From assembly GCF_009914755.1 (NCBI RefSeq), contig NC_060937.1: a DNA stretch of 64,000 nucleotides. One strand, given 5' to 3'. Every line of letters starts with the position of its first letter. Positions within the stretch are counted from its first letter, which is position 1. The stretch is from the human T2T-CHM13v2.0 reference genome, Homo sapiens. The notes under the pieces are model-generated. The model saw nothing but the letters and a program-made list of their open reading frames with translations. It made no database searches and was not told where the DNA came from. Of this stretch, positions 30,522 to 43,698 are shown in pieces. The position numbers and the translations under genes are program-made.

Positions 30522-32379
30522 TGATAGTTCTAAATTTTTGAGATAGGTGGTTAGCACTATAACTCTGAAAACTGCTTTTGCTGCATGCCAGAGATCTTCG
30601 TATGTTGTTTGTTTTCATTTATTTGAATTTTTATTATTGCTGCCTTAATTTCAGTTTACCCAAAAGTGATTTCAAAAGCAAGTTATTTAATTTCCATGTA
30701 ATTATGTAGTTTTGAGAGATGTTCTGAGTTCTGATTTCTATTTTTATTCTACTGTGGTCCATGAGTATGACTGGTATGATTCTGACTTTAAAAAATTTAT
30801 TGAGACTTACTTTATGGCCAAGCATGTGCTTGATCTTGGAGTATGCTCTGTGTGCAGCTGAAAAGAATAAATATTCTGTGGCTGATGGGTGGAATGTTCT
30901 GTAGATGTCTATTAGGTCTAACTGATCAGTGTCCATTTAAGTCCAGAATTTGTTAGTTTTCTGCCTCGATAATCTGTCTAACACTGTCAGTGTCTAACAC
31001 ACGATAGAAATGGCAAGGAGCCAGCTAAGAACTTCATGACAGGCTCAAAACCTCATGTACCAATATTAACCTTGAATATAAATGGCCTACACGCCTCACT
31101 TAAAAAGCACAGAGTGGCAAGTTGGATAAAAAACAAGACTCATCTGTCTGCTGTCTTCCTCCTTCCTCAGCCTTTTGAGTAGCTGGGACTACAGGCACCC
31201 ACCATGACGCCTGGCTAAGTTTTAAGTTTTTTGTGGAGAGGTTTCACTGTGTTGCCCAGGCTGGTCTCAAACTCCTCAGCTCAAGCGATCCTCTTGGATT
31301 GACCTTCCAAAGTGGTGGGATTACAGGCATGAACCACCATTTCTGGCCTAAATTCTTTTTTATTTTTGTCTGACTGGGTTAGTTCAATAACAGTGGGTGA
31401 GTTGAAGTCTCCCACTATTATTGCGCAGCTGCCTTAAGATTTTTCATAGGTGTGGAAGTATTTGTTTTACGAATCTGGGTGCTCCAGTGTTGGTGCATAT
31501 ATATTTGGGACACTTAAGTCTTCTTGTTGAACACTTTATAATTATCTATTGTTGGTTTCAAGTTTGTTTTATCTAAGAATAGCAACTCCTGGTTTTGTTT
31601 TGTTTTGTTTGCATGATAATTCTCAAACCCTTTACTTTGAGCCCGTCTCCTGTAGACAGCAGACAGATGGGTCTTGTTTTTTATCCAATTGCCACTCTGT
31701 GCCTTTTAAGTGAGGCACTTAGGCCATTTATATTCAAGGTTAATATTGGTACACGAGGTTTTGATCCTATGTGAAGTTCTTAGCTGTCTGCTTTTCAGTT
31801 TCTATGATGTGGATGCTTTATAGGGTCTGTGGGCTATGTACTTAAGTGTGTTTTTGTACCATTCTTCCATTCCCTTAAAGAGCTCTTGTAAGGCCCGTTT
31901 AGTGCTAATGAATTCCTTTAGTGCTTGCTTGTCTGGGAAAGATTTTACTTCTCGTTCACTTATGAAGCTTAGTTTGACAGGATACAAAATTCTTGGTTGG
32001 AATTTCTTTTCTTTAGGAATGCTGAAAATAGACCACTGTTGTTAGTTTGATGGGGTTCCCTTCGTATGTGATCTGCCTTTTTTCTCTAGTTGCCTTTAAG
32101 ATTTTTACTTCAGCACTGACCTTGGACAGTTTGGTGACTATAAGCCTTGGTGATGCTGACCTTGTATAGTATCTCACAGTGTTCTCTGAATTTCTTGTAA
32201 CTGAACGTCTACTTCACTAGCAAGATGAGGGAAATTTTCTTGAATTATTCCCTCAAATATGTTTTCCTGGTTGTTTACTTTTTCTCCTTTTCTCTCAGGA
32301 ATGCCAATAATTTGTAGGTTTGGTTCCTTTAACATAATCCCGTATTTCTTGAACACTTTGTTCATTTTTAAAAATTCTT

Positions 32380-32668
32380 CTTTTCAGACAGGGTCTCGCT
32401 CTGTCATCCAGGCTAGAGTGCAGTGGCATGATCATGACTTACTGCAGCCTCCATCTCCTAGGCTCAAGTGATCCTCTTGCCTCAGCCTTTCGAGCAGCTG
32501 GGACTAGAGGCACTCATCACCACACCTGGCTAAGTTTTAAGTTTTTTTGTAGAGCAGAGGTCTCACTGTGTTGCCCAGGCTGGTCTCAAACTCATCAGCT
32601 CAAGTGATCCTCTTGAATTGACCTCCCAAAGAGGTGGGATTACAGGTATAAACCACCATGCCTGACCT
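32380..32668 (-). mobile_element. AluJ-type SINE
   Basis: Antisense Alu; flanking AAATTCTT repeats. Confidence 0.9.
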
Positions 32669-33463
32669 AAATTCTTTTTTGTTATTTTTGTCTGACTGGG
32701 TTAGGTCAAAAGACTGGTTTTCAAGCTCTGAAATTCTTTCTCCTGCTTGGTCCAGTCTATTGATAAAGCTTTCAATTATATTTTGAAATTCCTTAAGTGA
32801 TGCTTCTATAGCCTATGCATTTCTATCAGCTGATTTTACTTTGGGCTTTGTGGTTTGACCTACAAGCTAGTAGATAGCCCTTATGAGTAAAAGCCAGCTG
32901 AGGCCAACATGGCAGGGTATATACTTGATCCTTGTTACTGGGATAATCTCTCTGTTGTCTCAGGCAATGGGCTGATCTGTGGTGTGCACAGTGGTCTGGC
33001 CTCCCTGCTCAGACATGGTGGGCAAGATGGGCAGGGCCAGGCTGAGCAGGCCTGCCTACAGGTACCCCAACGGCAGGCACAAGCACCAACACTGAGGGAG
33101 AATACAGTGGGCAACCACCAGGTGTCTAGAGGTGTGCCTAGGCATGGAGCTGGGAAACCTCCTTGGCTCCAAGTTCTCTGCAGAGGGAGCGGGGTAGCCT
33201 AAACTCCTAATCGAGGACAGTGGGTGTTCCAGATTCCTGAAGATCTGCCTGGGCATGGAGTATAAAGGGCCCCACTGCACCACAGTCTCTGCACAGGCAG
33301 GGTGGCGTGGCTTAAGCTGCTAAAAGTATCATTTTAAAAATCACTATGAAATGATCAGAATAGAAATTTTTTACCAAATCAACTTCTGTCATTAAAATAA
33401 GTTTTTAATAAAAACATCATTTATAAATATTCATCATGTATTTTCTTATAAATGCTTACCTAC

Positions 33464-33628
33464 CAAAAAAACTTCTCTTTGTAAATATACAGATGCATCC
33501 ATCATTCTTTGAAGAACAGCCATTTTTAGTTCTTTAATATTCATCTCTTCATGTTTAAAGGGTTCACCATTATAAAGAGCTTGAGGCAAAGGACCCAGGC
33601 CAGTCATCTTATAAAAGCTTGCTCCAGC
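33464..33628 (-). CDS. UGGT2: UGGT2 internal coding exon (165 nt, phase 0/0)
   Basis: gaatag|GCTGGA...TTTTTG|gtaggt; AGASFYKMTGLGPLPQALYNGEPFKHEEMNIKELKMAVLQRMMDASVYLQREVFL; donor chosen because it keeps frame with the next exon. Confidence 0.93.
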
Positions 33629-33796
33629 CTATTCAGTTAAAAAATATCAGAGTGTTAAACAAAATATGATTGTTTGAATAATAAACATAAGAAAATGGAA
33701 CACCGCCACATTTTTATATGCCATAGGAAAAAACATCCATTTTGCTAACTTTATCTGTCCTTTCCAAACATTGCCTAAAGGAAAGTAATTTACCTA

Positions 33797-33995
33797 CAAG
33801 GAGTCAAAAAACTTTTTATGTAAAGGGCCAGAGAGTAAATATTTTAGGCTTTGTGAGCCACTCAGTTTCTGACATAGTGACTCCACTCTCGTTACAGCAC
33901 AAAAGCAGTCATAGACGACATATGAATAAACAAGTATGGCTGTGTCCCCAAAATATTTACAAAAACAAGCAGTGGGTGGACTTGCTGATTCTTGG
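33797..33995 (+). mobile_element. MER58-like hAT-Charlie DNA transposon fossil
   Basis: gtaaagggccagagagtaaatattttaggctttgtgagcca motif. Confidence 0.75.
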
Positions 33996-34403
33996 TATAG
34001 AGTATGACATTAACTTAATAAAAATCCAAACATTTATCGGCATCAGAGACTTATTTATCCCTGTATTTATATGTTCAATAAACACTTATTCAATCCTGCC
34101 ACCTGCATTAGGCTAGATACTGTGATTATAGAGCTGAAAGTCTTTTCTCAAGGGGTTCACATACAGACAGACAAAACACAGGCATGTAGAAGACTCTATG
34201 GGGCCCAGGAGAAGCACCTAATCAAGCTGGAGTATGGAGAGGAAGGGATCATACAGGTCTTCTTTTAGGGAGTCATACTAAAAATCTTAAAGGCTTAATA
34301 AAAATTTGCCAGAGAGATAAAATAGAGAAAGACAGTCCAAGTGAGGAGAATATAGCAAGGGAAGTAAGAGTGTGGTATACTTATGCAATGGTAAATTCAC
34401 AGT

Positions 34404-34761
34404 TGATATGGTTTGGCTGTGTCCCCACCCAATTCTTATCTTAAATTTTAGCTCCCACATTTCCCACATGTTGTGGGGGGACCCAGTGGGAGGTAATGAA
34501 ATCATGAGGGCAGATCTTTCCCATGCTATTCTCGTGACAGTGAATATGTCTCATGAGATCTGCTGGTTTTATAAGGGGGAATTTCCCTGCACAAGTTCTC
34601 TTCTCTTGTCTGCCATCATGTGAGACATGCCTTTCACCTTCTGCCATGATTGTGAGGTTTCCCCAGCCACGTGGAACTGTAAGTCCATTAAACCACTTTC
34701 TTTTCTAAATTGCCCAGTCTCAGGTATGTCTTTATCAGCAGCATGAAAATGGACTAATACA
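34404..34761 (+). mobile_element. THE1 solo LTR (MaLR)
   Basis: TGATATGGTTTGGCTGTGTCCCCACCC...GGACTAATACA; TSD ACAGT/GCAGT. Confidence 0.92.
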
Positions 34762-34949
34762 GCAGTGTTTACAGGGTGTGAAATATGGGGGACAGCTGTC
34801 AGATACGGAGTTAGAGAGGGGTGTAGGCAGAGGCCAGATCATGAAGGTCCTCAACATTTGAATTTTAGCTTATGAGTTAAAAAGTGACTAAATAACTCAT
34901 TTGCTATCCAATACTAAGTATTATCATTATTATAGCCAACATTCTCACA

Positions 34950-35115
34950 AATACTCTAGGAAGCCAAGTACTACTATTACATCAATTTTACAGATGATAA
35001 AACAGATACAGAGAGATTAAATCACTTCTTATGTTACACAGCTACAATGTTTTGGAAATGGAATTTGCACCCAGATCTGTCTGACCAAGAGTCTGAACTC
35101 TTAACCACTGTACTA
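34950..35115 (-). mobile_element. MIR fragment
   Basis: ttttacagatgataaaacagatacagagagattaaatcactt core; plus-strand text matches the complement of the usual consensus. Confidence 0.65.
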
Positions 35116-36077
35116 TACTATCTGTACGTTTAGTGGGCACCTACTATGTCTTAGGTTTATGAATGCATGTAAATGATATGCAAACTCTCTCCTAAAGCTT
35201 ATAGTTTAACAAGGATAAACTCCTCCACTCCTTTCCTTCTTGGCAATGGCATCAACACTACCAGTTAGTTGTTCAGCTGAACCCTGGGAGTTACCCTTGA
35301 CAATTTCTCATCTCCCCTCTACCTTATCCAATCCAGCAGCACCTGGATGGTACTTCCTAAATAATTCAAATATGTCCATTTTCTCTGCCTCCACTTCTTC
35401 CAAAAGCCTACTAGTCCATCTCACATCTCTCACCTTATGTTTCCTAATACATATCACCACACCTACTCCTCCCCACCAACAATCCATTCTCAACAATGGA
35501 GAATGCTCTTTAGAAAAAAAATGCATGTCACTGTCACTTCACTACTTAATGCCTTTCAGGTTTTTCACTGTTGCCAAGAGCTTCTACTGACATGAGTGCA
35601 TTAAATGTTGTTCACAAGACCCTGTATATTCAGACCCCTTGCTTGCCTCTCCAGCCTTATCTCCTCGACTGTACCCTATAACACAGGAACAACATATGCT
35701 TTCAATCTACACAGTAGCAACATCAGCTTCTCTCAATTCCTTTACATCTCAGAACACAATATTTTTCTGACTGGAATGTTAATCTCTTACAACCCCCTTG
35801 TTTTCTTTTGTCTAACTTTTCCTCCTGCTTCAGGATTCTGCTTAAATATCACTTCTTCAGAAAAGTATTCCTTATCCCCATACCCCAGAGCATTCCTCTT
35901 TCATTCAATGTGTTGCGTATTTGGTGAGTCCCTTCTAATGAAGGCTCCTATACATTAATTTTTGGAATTTCTTTGTACTATTTCTCTTTCTCTGAAAATT
36001 TCTTTGAGTTGTTGCCTTTTTTTTTTTTTTTTTTTGGCTCTTTCCGAATCTTCTGGGTTGAGTCTCTAATTGTTCAC

Positions 36078-36490
36078 CTTTTAAAAAATGACAAGTAAAA
36101 AATATATATGTTTATGATATATGACATTTTGATATTAATATACATTGTGGAATAGCTAATAAAGCTAATTATCATATGCATTACCTCATATACTTCTCAT
36201 ATTTTGTGGTGAGAATCCTTAAAATGTACTTAGTAATTTCAAGTATAAAATATGTCATTAACTACAGTCACCACCATGTACAATAGATCTCTTGAACTTA
36301 TTTCTCTAGTCTAACTGAAATTTTGTATCCTTTGACCAATATCTCCCCAATTCTGCCATCCCCAGCCTCTGGTAACCCCCATTTTACTCTGTTTCTGTGA
36401 GTCTGACTTTTTTTAAAGATTCTACATGAGTAGAGATCATGTGGTGTTTGTCTTTCTGTGCCTGGCCTACTCCACTTAACATAATGTCCC
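36078..36490 (-). mobile_element. L1MA 3'-end fragment abutting a UGGT2 splice donor
   Basis: atgtacaatagatctcttgaacttatttctctagtctaactgaaattttgtatcctttgacc motif. Confidence 0.82.
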
Positions 36491-36497
36491 AACTTAC

Positions 36498-36632
36498 CTT
36501 TCTTTCTTCATCATATTTAGAATGAATTCCCAAAATATCCCAAATATTAGCATGAGGAAATGTATTTTGGAGAACACTCTTCACATTGTCCACAGTGAGT
36601 ATATTTTGATCCTTCTTCACTTTTTGGTACAT
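36498..36632 (-). CDS. UGGT2: UGGT2 internal coding exon (135 nt, phase 0/0)
   Basis: tcacag|ATGTAC...AGAAAG|gtaagt; MYQKVKKDQNILTVDNVKSVLQNTFPHANIWDILGIHSKYDEERK. Confidence 0.95.
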
Positions 36633-36982
36633 CTGTGAAAATTTAGATATTATAATTAATTTTCTTCTTATAGCAATTAGTTTTCTTTTTTTTCCTTAGC
36701 ATGCAGATAGATTTTTATTTTGTAAGTTCAAAATATACTAACTACACATACACACATACCACATAAAAATAATTTTAACCATATATCATCTTTTAATAAA
36801 GATGGTTTTAAAATATTCTATAGTTTTCAAAAATATCATAACAAATTTATGTTTTACTCTATTTTGATGAAACCAGACACCATTATTCTTAATAAAATAA
36901 TGATTACCTTTTTTAATGTATGTATAATATATTCTAATATGACATTTCAGAAATGCTTTCATTTTTTATTGCTTTTCTGTAA

Positions 36983-37432
36983 TTTTTTTCTTTTTCTTTT
37001 TTTTTTTTTTTTTTGAGACAGGGTCTTACCATTGACTAGGCTGGAATGCAGTGGTGTGATCATGGCTCACTGCAGCTTCAACCTCCCAGCTCAAGCAATC
37101 CTCCCACCTAGCCCCCTGGGTAGCTGGGACTACAGGAACTTGCCACCACACCTGGCTAGATTTTTTGGTATTTTTTGTAAAGATGGGGTCTTGCCATGTT
37201 GCTTAGGCTGGTATCGAATTCCTGGGCTCAAGCAATCCACCTCCTGCGGCCTCCCGAAGGGCTTGGCTTACAGGAACTTGCCACCACATCTGGATAAATT
37301 TTTTTGTATTTTTTGTAAAGACAGGGTCTTGCCATGTTGCTCAGGCTGGTCTCAAACACCTGGGCTCAAGCAATCTACCTGCCTCGGCCTCCCAAATAGT
37401 TGAGACTACAGGCATGAGCCACCATGCCAGGC
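36983..37432 (-). mobile_element. AluJ with an internal ~138-bp tandem duplication (three-arm Alu)
   Basis: tacaggaacttgccaccaca...ggcctccc present at 37131 and 37269. Confidence 0.9.
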
Positions 37433-38249
37433 CTTACTAGTAAGTATTTTGACTAAACTTTCTCTGCACCTCTACTCTTCCCCAGTCTCAAATATTCTAA
37501 ACACACTTGTAGAATGTAAGCTGTTATTCTTTTTATCTTTTCTCATTTCTTTCTTTAATAAGTACTTAGAGATCCTCTATGACCCAGGTGCTGTTTTAGG
37601 TTTTGCACCAAGAGAGATGGCATCTCTTGAGTAGACGACTAAGCTGAGACATAAGTATGAACACTCAGCTAGCATTAAGACATTCTGGGGAAAGAAACTT
37701 ATAAGCAGAAGGAACAAGTAGTAAGTACAAACACTATTAAGCAGCATTTGATATATCACTGAAGAATATTGCTTTTGGTCCCAATTTACTTATGTCATTA
37801 TTGCCAAACATAATCTTCATATTGTGGCTAAAATGATCCCCATGTTATATTCCTCACAGTAAGAAATTAGTATTCTTTGCTCTCCCTTTATCACTGTAAA
37901 CTTTGTACCCTATTCCTTTAAGCAGCAGCACAGGTATGTAATTAGACTGAAGAGTTTCATTTTACGAGTTTTTCAATTTAGGGGCAACTTTTCTCCTCCT
38001 ATCAAAGTAGAACATAATGTGATCATAACTCAAAAAAAGTGAAAAGTTCCATCTTTTGTAAAACATAAATGGAGATCACAAAAATGAGACTCTGAATAAA
38101 GCAAAAGATAAAGGAAAAGTCATTCAGATTAGTCATTTTACTAACTAGTCACCTGAAAATATTAGATACTCATAAAATAAGGTAGTCAGAATGCCTCACA
38201 TAAGTTACTCAGACATATCAACTCAATCCTCTTACACATTTTTAAATTT

Positions 38250-38759
38250 TAAAAATTATTTTGTAACTTGGTAAGCAAAGAGGAATACACATAACATACA
38301 CATTATGAGGCATAAATAACAAAATAAACAATTCTTATGAATAAACCACGTAACATAAGAAATGGAACATCACCAATGCCATGAAGTACAACTTCTCTCC
38401 CAATCCCATTTCCTTGTGCTTCAGGAGATGCAAGCATTGTTTTGAATTTGCATTTATCATTCCCTTTCCTTTTTGAATTCTAGAGTTTTATGCGAATACG
38501 TATTCCCATACTTAGTTTTGTTTGCTTCTGAGCTTTAAGAAGTATATGGTATGGTGTTAGTCTTCTATGACTTCATTATGTTTCTAATACATCTATGCTC
38601 TTGCATATGATATTTCATTCTAATATGCCAAATTCTACTTATCTATTTTGCTACTGATATGTATATTTGTGTCATTTTTATCATAGTTTGTTGCTATTCT
38701 GAATGATTCTGCTAACAATAGCCTCCTAAGGTGCAGGTACAAGAGCTTCTCTTAGGGTG

Positions 38760-38803
<44 letters not shown>

Positions 38804-41780
38804 GTCTGTAGGAAATGTGGAAATTTAACTTCAAATAGTGAATTATTATCAGATTGTTTTTCAGTGTGGCTCTGCCAGTTTAGATTCCTACAGGCAGGGT
38901 AGCAATGTAAATGTAAAGGCATTCCATTGCTCTACATTCTCATTAACAAATGATACCTTCAGCTTTCTTAATTCCTGCCAAATTACAGGGTATAAAATAA
39001 TCTTGTGGTCGTAGTCTTTATTTGCATTTTTCAAATTTGTAAGATAATTATCTTGTTTAGTTACCATTAATGGTAATAAATATTTACCACCAATAATTTC
39101 AGTATATTTTTATTTACCATTAATGCATCTTCTATTTTAAAAGTTATTTTATGCATTTCTCCTCTTGGGTCATTGGTATTTTTCTTTTTGAATTGTAGAA
39201 AATGTTTACATCTCATGGAATATAAATATTTTATTGGCCATATGTATTGTAAATACTTCTCCTGCTTATAACATTTTTCCCTATTTTTTAATGACATATT
39301 TTAATGGGCACTGGTTTTCATTTGTAATTTAGCTGAAATTATCAGTATTTTCCTGCAGACTTAGAGCTTTTTAAGTTTTATCTAGGAAACCCTTACCTTG
39401 AGGTCCTAACTTCTAAATGTTTTAAAGTTTTGTTTTCCACACTTACATTTTTAAGCTAACTCAAATGATTTTTACACAAGGTGTAAAGTCTTATTTACTT
39501 GCATTGGTATAGCCACTGTTGAACCACAGTTGTTGTAAGTCCACTCCCATTTACTGTAATGTCACTTCTGTATTCTTAAGTTTTGGGACCCCCACGTTCT
39601 TTTGATAGATATGTCTTTCCCTGAACCAATACCACAAACTTTATACATCTTATTACCTGGTATGACAAGTCCCATCACTTTATCCTTCAAAGTCTCACCC
39701 ATTTTGAGTCTTCATTCTTCCATATAAATTTTAAAATAAAACATCACATTTCACAAAAATCCCCAAAATTCCACTTTGGTCGGAAATGCAATGAATTTAG
39801 AAATCACTTGCAGAAAACAATATAATTATGAAGTGAAATATTTCTATTGATAAACATGGTAGAGCTTTTCATTCATTTAGGTAAACTTTCATGGCTATAA
39901 TTCCAAATTTTCTCCACAAAACTGACCTTCCCCCCAGCCCCCAGGTTTCCTAAGTATCTTTTATTTGCTTGCTCTTGTCATTGTAAATGTAGGAGTCATT
40001 ACAGAAAGTACTCTCATGAGGATAAGGATTGTTGGCTATATATGTTATTAATTTATCCAAGCACCTAAAACAGGGTGTGGTATGTAGTAGGCATTTAATA
40101 AAACTGATGAAAATAATTAATAAATATTTGTTGTTAGAAGAGAGAAAAGCAACTGATATTAATATACTGATCTCATATCCAGTTACTTTACTAACCTCCT
40201 GTGTCAAATCTCACAATCAATGGATTCTTTTGAGTCTCCTCTGTAGGCAAGTCTGGAATTTTAAATAAAAATTTGTTTCTTTTAAATATTTTAAATGAGT
40301 ATTTCCTTTACTTATCTTATTGCATTGACTGGAACTTGAGGATTATACTTGAAGTGTTGACAGTGGGTACCTTATCTTTTTCCATTTTTAAAAACAATGC
40401 TTTCTATCATTTTACTGCTAAGATGTGCTGTCATCAATTAACAAAATTCCCTTACATAATAGTTCGCTAAACATTTTGTTTCTTTATGAGTTTTTTAATC
40501 ATAAAAAAGCTTTGAATTTTTTCAAATGTTTCTTGTGCATATTCTTGAATAATATATTAACATGGTGAATTATATTTAGAGATTCTTTGAATTTGCAAAT
40601 ACTTTCTTTTATTCATTAGATAATCTCACCTTGTCATGATAATTTACTTTTTATATACCTGCTGGATTTCTTTTGTTAATATTTTATTTAGGACTTTGGC
40701 ATACATATTCTCAACAAAGAACAGCCTATAATTTTTCCTTTTCTCTTCTTGTCAGGCTTTGACATCAGATTATATTAGATTCATAGACTAATTTAGGTAA
40801 TATTTCCTCTTTTTCTATTCTCTAAAAGATATTTTAAAGACTGAAATTATTATTTCTTCAAACATTTGAATATTTGGTAGAATTTGCTGTGCTAGTTTTA
40901 AAACATGGTCTCCAAATTCTTCAACACTCCTTCCATTGAGAAGTGGGTATATGAATCTGAATCTGTGACTCTTTGATAAACAGAATACAACGGAATAAAC
41001 TGAAAGTAATGATGTACCCATCTCTGAGCCCAGGCCTTAAGAGTCTGGAAGTTTATACCTGGTGTGCTCATCTGGAACCTAACCTCTATGATAGTTTGTC
41101 AATTTTATTTGTTTTTTCAGAATATCAACTTTTATATTCTTGATCCCATAATTGTATTATTTCCTAGTTCATTAATGTATATTCTTATTACTTTCCATCT
41201 ACTTTTTAAAAATCAGTTACTCATTTCTGAATGGTTAACTAGTTCTTTTAACTCCTTTTCTAACTAAAAGACATATTTTCCTCTTCTGTTTTGAATGCAA
41301 AATCATCTCATTCTCTGATTGTTGGATATTATATTTGCCTTTAAAATTAATCTTAAGTGTATTGTTAAAATCTTATATATTTTTACTGATTTTTAATCTG
41401 CTTCACCTATTAAAAAATGTTGAAATAACCTACTACTATTATAGTGAAACTGTCCATTTATCTCCCTTGCTATCAAATTTTGTATTGTATATTTTGAAGC
41501 TACATACAACTTTAGTACTTTTTCTTAAAGTTTATTTCCCCTAATATTTTATGGCTACCTTAGATTTCATTTGTGATAGTCACCTTGTGTATAACTTTCT
41601 GTCTTTTTATATCTTTTCTGCTAGTATGCTAAAGTTTAATTTCCTCACACTTAATATGGTCACAGATATGGTTGGATTAACTTTAATATTTGCTATTTGT
41701 TATCACATTTCAATAACTTCCATATATTTTATTATTATTTTGGTCTTATATTCTTCTCTCTTTATAGTGCTAAATAGCTT
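38250..41780 (-). mobile_element. Highly degraded L1M region, with an MLT-like LTR fragment at ~40888-41060
   Basis: Scattered antisense L1 ORF2-like motifs (ORFs 39067..39297, 39950..40207). Confidence 0.55.
38763..38802. repeat. (GT)n microsatellite
   Basis: Direct reading. Confidence 0.95.
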
Positions 41781-42899
41781 CAAATTACTTAATTGAGATA
41801 AGGTAATTAGCTCACTGAAAACAGGCAAACACTTTTAAAAGATTTTATAATTCATGTATTTTCCTAAAAACTATGCCTTGTTCAAATTATTTCTCCTTCT
41901 CCCTCTCCTTCTAATTGTTTAGCACAACTTGCAGGCTGTGCCACAAATTTAATACTTACTTTTATGCTGCTTTGTATTAAACCCTGTGGTTTCAAGTATA
42001 ATTTGTTTTTCCAGGAGATTATATATTAACAGTATTGTGCTGAACACTGTAGATTAATGCCATCACATGTAAATTAATGTCTGATAAAAAACACTTACAA
42101 AACAGAGATTCAATATTGATAATTAAGATAACTTAGGTAAAGATAATTTCTGAATATCTTCAGGTTTCTAAGTTTTGAATATCATAATGATCCTTTACAA
42201 TAAAATGGCTGAATCTTGAATCTTAATAAAAGATGTAACTCAAATTGACTATGTCCCTTATAAACTCTTACACCAGTAAGTTAGAAAACAAATAAGCTGA
42301 GACATAATATTGATGCATATTCCATGGCACTATTTTATAGAGCAAACTGTACCCCTGCCAAATCACTGAAGTGTAGTTTCTATACTCTAGCTCAGTGAAT
42401 TAATAAGGTATTTAATGATTTTCCTGGGAGTTACAGAAGTAGGGTAGGAAATTTGCACTACTTTGGAAATTCCTTTCTCAGTTGGAAGAAGAGTCATTCC
42501 TTGATATAATATTGATTGACAAGCTAAAGCCCAATGAATATAAAAATGAAAAAAAACTTCTATTTTATAAGCTATGACTTATTTTATGTTATTTTATAAG
42601 CTATGACTTGACTTTTCTTAATAACAACAATATAGCTCTTTAATACATATATATTTCCACAATGATCCATAACAGAATTTCAAAACCTCAATTACGAAAT
42701 AATCTTACTATCTCTTGTTCTTCCTTAATCAGGTTCTTACCAATTTCTATCATCTGTTATATGATCTCTTTGTCAGATTCTGTATCAACCTTACCTCTTT
42801 CACACAGTTTGCTGTCAATAAATGACTTCCCCCTTCTTTGAAAGTCTCTAGGAAGTGTTTATATGCTATGTCATTCAGAATATTTAACTCTGCAATGAT

Positions 42900-43196
42900 T
42901 TTTTGTTTTTCCATGAGACAGGCTCTCTCCATTGCCTGGGCTGGAGTGCAGTGGCTCGATCTTGGCTCATTGCAGCCTCAACCTTCTGGGCCCAAATGAT
43001 CCTCCCACATCAGTCTCCTGAGTAACTATGACTACAGGCATGTGCCGCTGCACCTGGAATTTTTTATTTTTTTTTTGGTAGAGACAGGGTCTCACTGTGT
43101 TGCCTATGCTGGTCTCGAGCTGCTGGTCTCAAGCGATCCTCCTGCCTTGGCCTCCTAAAATGCTGGGATTATAGGCATGAGCCACTGTGCCCAGCC
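42900..43196 (-). mobile_element. AluJ-type SINE
   Basis: Antisense Alu; TSD TGCAATGAT. Confidence 0.9.
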
Positions 43197-43562
43197 TGCA
43201 ATGATCTCTTTAATCAAAGCCTAGTTCAAGAATTTTTTCTTAAATAATCATTTTCTATTAATATGTTTTCCTCTAAAGTTACATATAAAATTTAAATTAC
43301 TTTATTGGCTGAGTAAACCTTAGTAAATTCAAATATCTTGGTAGAACCTCAGTTGCCTAATTTATAATGTGAGGATAATATGTACTTCAGAAGGGAGTTA
43401 CAGAAAACAAATTCATCATCTGTATTAATCTCCATGACAGTTTATAAACTTTGAAATGTTACAATAAATGTAATGCAAAAATTATACATTCTAAAGAAAT
43501 CATAATATAGTAATGCAAGAATTTTACCTTCTAAACAAATCACATTTAGTGCATAAACTCAC

Positions 43563-43698
43563 GTGTACTATAGAAATAAATGCTTCTGATATATCAAATT
43601 CTTCTGCAATATAGTTGAAAGCTCGCCAGAGAGCAACTCCAGCATCATTTGCTCCATCAACTTCATCATCTGTATTAAGAATGAACACAAAACCAATT
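43563..43698 (-). CDS. UGGT2: UGGT2 internal coding exon (136 nt, phase 2/0)
   Basis: ttccag|AATTGG...GTACAC|gtgagt; (R)IGFVFILNTDDEVDGANDAGVALWRAFNYIAEEFDISEAFISIVH; seen inside ORF 43524..43757. Confidence 0.95.

Noticed and set aside
42561-42610. 20-bp direct repeat tattttataagctatgactt
   Set aside because: Ordinary slippage duplication.
43524-43562. Possible downstream alternative donor AAG|GTAAAA extending the exon by 35 nt
   Set aside because: Weaker than the CAC|GTGAGT donor and frameshifting; no further evidence.
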